The notes beneath the pieces are model-generated. The model worked only from the letters and a program-made list of their open reading frames with translations. It was not told the origin of the DNA and did no database searches. From NCBI RefSeq assembly GCF_009914755.1, contig NC_060927.1: DNA of 64,000 nt; one strand, written 5' to 3'. This document shows, in pieces, positions 57,561 to 64,000 of the stretch. How positions within the stretch are numbered: the first letter of the stretch is position 1; every line of letters starts with the position of its first letter. The translations under genes were made by a program, and so were the position numbers. Origin of the DNA: the human T2T-CHM13v2.0 reference genome, Homo sapiens.

Positions 57561-60499
57561 TAATATTTAAATTATTTTTGTCATTATTATAAAATAATCA
57601 TTTATATCATCGTTATAAAATATGTTCATATTCTTCAATTTAAAAGCAAATTCAAACCAAATCAAAAAACAATAATAGATACAACTAAGGCTGAGATTAC
57701 TTGCACATTAAATATAAAATACTTATATTTCCAATTTATAGTCAGAAAATAACTTACTTCCTTCATCCTATCCTGCCAATGACCTTCTTTACTGACCAGT
57801 GTAAGTTTTCAAGGAAGCTGTAATTCCTTAGCGCAGAACAGTGTAGCCTTGAGTGTAGGAAGATATTTTTTGCAATGAGTGGGCTCTAGCTAAGACTAAT
57901 CCACGTCTTCTTACCTTATTCTGTAATAAGTAACCAGAGGAAAATAATGTTGCTGCTTCATAGTGACACGTTTCAGGCCATTCATCAAAGATTGGTTAGC
58001 TAGTGCTTCTAAAATTTTTCATTGATTGCATTTACATGAGTCATACTTTTTCATTTATACAAGTTCCTTAGCATTACATGACAGTAGTGTATTACATTTG
58101 TTGTGACAGTCATATTAAAGTCCAATTATCACTAGTTATCATCATGACAGTGTACTCATTCTCTAGATTATCTAGCCTATTTCCACTGATATTAAAACAC
58201 ATTTTTCCAAGTTAAAGTAATATTTTTTATAACATGTCTTTTTACTCTACTTACTCATACATATGATCTGGGCCAGAATAGCTTTGTTCCTCTTCTCCTT
58301 TAATAGAAAGTCCTCACTGAATTTCATATGCTAGCTTCAAACTTACCTCTTTTTTCTGAGTTTTTAGTAAATTTTTTATTTTTGGCTCTGAAAACACTTA
58401 TTTGTAAATATTTTAAGGTTGTTGGGTGTTGCTGCTGGGTGTTACCTCTTTGGATTGATTGTAAATATCCTGATGGGTATTTACTGTGGAATGGGTTTTC
58501 CAGCTTTCTTACTTTTTCTGAAGTGTTTAGCATTTAACACACAATTGGTGTTCGATGAATCTTAACAGAGTCACTGACAAATTGATGTAAGCTTTCAGTC
58601 TCTAAGAAATCCATGACTATATTTTAGAAAACATTTCTGTGGAATGTCTATTCATCCATCATGCTTATTTTCCTCTTGGTATTGCAAACTGTACATGTTT
58701 TTCTACCATTAGCATAAATACCTGCACAGTATCCTTCATGTGTTTCCTTTGCCACAGACTTTTCCCCATAACTGTCATTAGGCTTGCATTATGCATTTTA
58801 ATGCATAATGGAAAACCTGCGTGCATTGTGCACAGTAGCATAATGTATTCTTCACGGTGATAAGTTATGTTTCATGTAATGTCAGTTCCTGTTCTTGAAT
58901 TTACTCTGCTCTCAGTAGATGTGTTTCAAATTAATAGAGCATTAGTCCCTAATCAAGGAAGTATTTAGAAATATATTTTTAATTAAAATGAACTACTGGG
59001 AGGAATAAGTAGTATTAGAATTTTTGTGTTAATTTGAAATAATACATTACCCATGTATCTCTGTGCATTAGTAAAGACTAGATTATTGGAATTTCTGTAA
59101 ACTCACTATAAAAATTAAGGCAAATGGAAAGAAGCAGATTTAATAGAACATTAGATATAAAAGCTTAAAATCACAGAAGCTATGATGGAAACCAAATCAC
59201 AACATATATATTTGTAAAGACCTAAAGCAATTATATAATCAAGTCATCATCTTACTTATAAGCAATGAGCACTACAAGACAGATGCATCACCTGTTTTTA
59301 ATTACAGAGAATGTGTGGCCACCCTTTGTTGTTGTCTTCTTTGCTGTTAAGAAATTTGTCACATTTCAGCTACAGAGAACGATAAAGCCAGTCTACTTGT
59401 TTGTTTGTTAAAATACATTAATCACACTTATAGAGCTCCAAAAAAATGCATTTTGCATCTTAGGTCTGCACTGTAAATGCCCAAGTTCTAACACCAGAAA
59501 TTCCATAGTTTACTTTTATACATTAGCAAAAGTGCTGATAATATGAAAAACAAGCAAAACAAGATTCAGATCTGCCAGATATCACCTGTGAAGAGACACA
59601 ATCTTATCTTGCAGATTACGTGAATTAATAGTAGAAATGTTATATATTTTCAGTAACTGGAGCCTGAGGTCCTTTCATCTTATTAAAATTATAGCAAGAA
59701 AAAATTATTGAATATGAAAATATTATTTGGATCAAGCTTATTCTTTTGATGTGATCTTATCAAGAAACAAATCTATGTAATATTTGTAATCCACATACCG
59801 GTAGGGCATGGGTGATAACTTTCTTAGTAACTCTTTCAGGATATACATAAGGTTACTTAGGGCATGACATAGTACTCAGCAATTGAAAATGAACTTTTAA
59901 AAAGAAAGAGATTCCTTCTCCAAAGTATAAACTTACACAGCATCCCATAGAGAGTCTTTGAATCAGATTCAGAACCAAAATGCAAAAAGGGGTGAAGATC
60001 TATTGTCCCAGAGAAATTACAGACTCATATGCTTTTCTTACAGCTACAAAGACTAAAAGCTAGGATTAATAGGCAAAGGATAGGAACTATCAATGACAAG
60101 TTCTAAAATCCTTGAAGCAAAAACAGTACATCCCTGGAAAAACAGTCCGAAGAGGATACAAATAAACTTGTCTAATGGCTATGTGAGGAGGATGCAAAGA
60201 TGGTTGACAATATCTCTTATATATCTTCTATAATTAATTTTATACAAAAAAAGCATAATGTGCTATTTGCAATTCTCATTACAGAACTTCGGTTCTGGTG
60301 GGATTTACAAAGTTTTCATTGTGTTTGTAAATAATTAAAATCTTATCTACATTTTTGTATGCAAATATCTGGATGAGGCAGATATCGCAGTAAATATTTT
60401 GGTTATGTTAGAATAAAGCTAGAAGAGCAACGCCTCGTTCCTAATTTGATTTAAAGGCACATTTAATTTTCTGTCTGGTGTGCTGGTTTTCCCCAAAAG

Positions 60500-60730
60500 A
60501 CCTCAATTAGGATGGTGGCTCACATTTAGAGAAGCTGAATAAACTTTTAGCAATGTCAATTACTAGTTTAGGGTGCTTAAGCAATTTTCTCTCTCCAAGC
60601 TTCACATGGCTCAGCCATAAAATGTAAACAATAGTTACTCAACAAAAGTTTTGTGAAGACTAAAGGATACAATGGACATTTCTATATCTAGATCAATGCC
60701 TAGCATATATTAGCCACTCAAATAGTTGTA
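60500..60730 (+). mobile_element. MIR SINE
   Basis: GCTTAAGCAATTTTCTCTCTCCAAGCTTCAC..CATAAAATG..TTTGTGAAGACTAAAGG..TGCCTAGCATATATTAG. Confidence 0.6.
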
Positions 60731-62539
60731 TGAACTATTGTACATAATAGACTTTACACTGTTCCTAATGTTATTGTTCACAACTTTATAGCACTGTTTG
60801 TAATTTACATATACTTTAGAGATTTTTTTTAATGAATGAATGATCACTTTTCAGTCTCACATGAAAGCATGATCAATAGAAACAACTCTCTTAGCACTAG
60901 CCTGTAAAGCCATTGTGGCTTTATTACAAGGAGCAGATGCCTCAGGATTTCTATGCTCAGAAGTTACTACAATAATTTAGAAAGATGAAACAAATTATTC
61001 TGTATCACTGGATGCTTAAACAGGCAGTTATATGTGTGAATGCTTCCACTTACCAGATTTGGAGAAACAGCTGTTGTTTATATGGAACTTGGAGTTTATT
61101 ATGTATGTGACTCAAGTTCACCCTTAAAAACTAGAATGCAACCTTGTGATTTAGTATTCGCCTCTGCGCTCCTCTTTAAGTAAAAGCCCCCCATGAGTAC
61201 TGGTGAATTATTCTTAAAAAATCTGAAGGCCCAAAGAAGAAAGATAAATATACAAAAAAGTGATATTTGCAAACCACCTCAAAATGACAAATAATTTGAT
61301 ATAGTATATAAACTTCTCTTGAAAGTAGTCATTTCTCTGCTTTATTTGTGTTCAAATTTACCTCTGGATACTGGCAAAAAGCAAAACCATATCATACACT
61401 CCCCAACCCTTACCAAAGACTTCTGACATTAAGCTCTTGCTGAAATATGATTTGGGGTCACTTTACTGCTACAGATTAGAAGAATTACGAGTGTTTTCAT
61501 TGAGAGTAGCTTTTTTTACATAAGTAACAAAAGGTAAAATAATCACACAGATCATATGTCAATATGTCTTCCATATGTTGTATATACAAACTATAAATGC
61601 ATGTAGATTATATATGTAGACTACTTAGAAATACACATACACAGTCTTACTTCAGTACCTTTCAGGTATAATAGGTGGCAGGCAGATTGAAAGCATTTTA
61701 TTTATGGTGAGACATTGAGAAAGGTTGAGCATAAATAAAATGGAAATCAAATTGCTATTAGAGTCAAATAGTTAAGCATGAGCCTAACCATTGCAAGGAA
61801 ATTAGAGGAAAGAAAAATTGAGAATTAAAAATATATTTTATTAACCAACTTTTAGTACTCTCTTTAATGGGAATGTACCACAAGTTCTACTAAAATAAAT
61901 GCGGTAACAAAAATGCTTCAAAATGCGTATGCATGGGAGCTGGGTACAATGTTGAGAACAAGTGCAAGTGATGACTTGATTCAGTTAAGGTGGCTGTCAG
62001 TTTAGTTTACTATCAAACCTGCAACAAGCTGTGTAGAGGACAAACACAAGGTTAAGAACACAGTGAGCAGGATCACTCATGCCTCCTTCGTTCATCCTGG
62101 GATGCACCAATAATTCTGGAGATTCAGCAGCATGCTTGTTGCAAGAAATACATTAGGACTAAGGAATCCCAAACAAAAAGTTCAGCTCACTACAACAGAA
62201 GGAAATTCTTGCTGTTGCAAAGTTACACACAGCCACATGACATTTCTCATGTCAAAACTTGTCCCACTGCAGGTTTCAGTGTAGGTGGCCTGGCAATAGC
62301 TTATCAAGAGGTAGGAGCAAGCACATGGTGTTTGGTATTTTCATAAATTACTCTCTCCTACAATTCCCTCCCCTACTTTGGAGAAATTGAACACTGTATG
62401 GTATGTTTTTAAATGATTTTTTTACATTAATATATAATTTATATTAATCACTATTAAGATAAACTACTACTGGAATATTCTCAACAAGATTCCACAGAAA
62501 GTAAAACAAATTCCAAAATATGTTCCTTGGGAGAATAGT

Positions 62540-63400
62540 CTCTCAAAATAACTACAGTGGTAGACATAAGAAAATACAAAATATATGCTGCTAAATGTCT
62601 CAGTTATGAAACTTAATCGAGGTTTCTCACTTCTTTAGATGATGTAAAAAGTTGAAAAGAATATTGCACCTGTCATTACAACAACAGAGAGCTGAGGATA
62701 CAGGGCAACCAAATAACCAAAAAGTAATGAAAATACAGACTTCCTCCAAGGAGAAAAGGTACATGCATTTGCTTACCTGGGGCAGATTTTGCCAAACATC
62801 ATACAAGTTGGTAAAAAAAAAAAGGCTAAAATTTTAACAAAGTGTTGAAGCTTGATTGTGGACTGGCATGAGAAGTTAGGAGTTATGCACACTTTATACA
62901 ATCATTCAAATGATTTTCTCCATGGACATCACCAGGTGCTCATAAGAAACATTTGGGCAAAACAAGAGTCTGAGAAAATATCCCTCATGGTATATAAATG
63001 TACCTCATGGGGACAGAAATAGTAGCTTTTGCCTGAAAGGCTCAAAGCCCTCCATGAATCCATTTTCCCTATCTTTCCTAAGGAACCTTAACATATTGGA
63101 GGAATAGCAGCAAACACTGTTATCATTGTGGCATTGCTGTAAGCCCACTGTATCTAAAGAAAGAGAACAGAAAAAAAATTCTGTCTCAGGAGATGGGGAA
63201 GGTGTGGAGAGGTGCAAATACAGCCTTGGCCAAAACAATTAAAACTCAGGAGAAGAAGTCATGAGAACTCTTTACCCCTGAAACCCAAACACGATGCCTG
63301 CTTAAGACCAAGGCCAAGAAAAATCAGAAGAGAATATCCACTCCCCATATACCATCATGAGGCCAATAAGCATAAAAAGGTAAGGAACACTGTCTTCAGA
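62540..63400 (+). mobile_element. Old L1M fragments (3' ORF2 piece and L1M 5' UTR-like piece)
   Basis: CAAGTTGGTAAAAAAA..AACAAAGTGTTG; CCCAAACACGATGCCTGCTTAAGACCAAGGC..GAGAATATCCACTCCCC. Confidence 0.45.
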
Positions 63401-63415
63401 GAAAGGGATAAGAGA

Positions 63416-63698
63416 GATGAGGCACAGTGCAAAGTAATCCTGGCATATTGAAAGGCCAAGGCAGGAGAATCTCTTGAGCCCAGGAGTTTGAAACCAGCCT
63501 GGGCAACATGGCAAGACCCTGTTTATACAAAAAATATAGAAAATTAGCTTGGCATGGTGGCACGTGACTGTAGTCCCAGCTACTTGGGAGGCTGAGGTGG
63601 GAGGATAGCATGAGTCTGGGAGGTTGAGGCCACAGTAAACCATTATTGCACCATTGCACTTCATTCTCAGTGACAGAGTAAGACTCTGTCTCAAAAAA
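63416..63698 (+). mobile_element. AluJ
   Basis: CTTGAGCCCAGGAGTTTGAAACCAGCCTGGGCAACATGGCAAGACCC and GAGGTGGGAGGAT AluJ diagnostics; short A tail. Confidence 0.93.
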
Positions 63699-63879
63699 CC
63701 CATTCAAAATACAAGTTAAACTAGAGACATTTGAAATCTACGTTGCAACAGGGTAAATGTAATAACGCAACCCAAACATAGTTCTATTCCTGACAATGTT
63801 AACACAAACTGCACAATAAAGGCCTATCATAAGAATATTCACGTCCACTTCCAGGCATAAAGCTCTTCATTTCAGTGTT

Positions 63880-64000
63880 TACTGTCCTACCCAACAACAT
63901 GGATGAATCTCAAGTGATTTATACTAAAAGAAGGTGAGATACTGTATGATTACATACACATGATGTTCTGGAAAACGTAAGACAACAGGGAAAGAAAACA
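63880..64000 (+). mobile_element. L1ME 3' fragment (runs off the window)
   Basis: CAACAACATGGATGAATCTC..ATACTGTATGATT..TGTTCTGGAAAA. Confidence 0.65.

Noticed and set aside
58324-58537. Overlapping 69-aa ORFs on both strands in unique DNA
   Set aside because: No recognisable homology and weak splice context; length is within chance expectation.
59500-59610. Minus-strand acceptor-like TGTGTCTCTTCACAG|G at 59585
   Set aside because: No good donor or open frame follows; such sites are common by chance.
62777-62969. Minus-strand exon candidate with strong CAG|GTAAGC donor and TTTTCTCAG acceptor
   Set aside because: Falls in decayed L1M sequence, has no convincing reading frame and no partner exons; cannot be supported without transcript data.

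Overview
This is AT-rich primate genomic DNA, probably human or great ape: it carries an L1PA3-type element and an AluY. It reads as intergenic or deep-intronic. I recognise no host protein-coding exon, RNA gene or CRISPR array. Every ORF in the track that I can identify is a broken transposon frame (L1 ORF1/ORF2, Tigger1 transposase, Alu-derived frames). The window is a layered transposon graveyard: ancient L2/MIR/L1M, ERVL remnants (LTR16 plus gag, and an LTR-less pol fossil), DNA transposons (near full-length Tigger1, Tigger2a, Tigger3a), L1PA elements including one full-length copy with a 17-bp TSD, solo LTRs (LTR1, THE1, MLT1, MER57-type) and Alus. The four most interesting observations are structural. 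(1) A full-length L1 carries an inverted, self-templated duplication with snap-back filler (47834-48127). (2) A four-segment L1 has an internal inversion and templated junction fillers (54637-55933). (3) An LTR-less ERVL-like protease/RT/integrase fossil with two integrase remnants splits an old L1 (18330-21530). (4) An LTR1 whose poly(A) signal was destroyed by an Alu sits directly upstream of a same-strand L1 RT fragment (8826-12897). I found no convincing new biological system. Subfamily names come from recalled consensus sequences, not from a database run.
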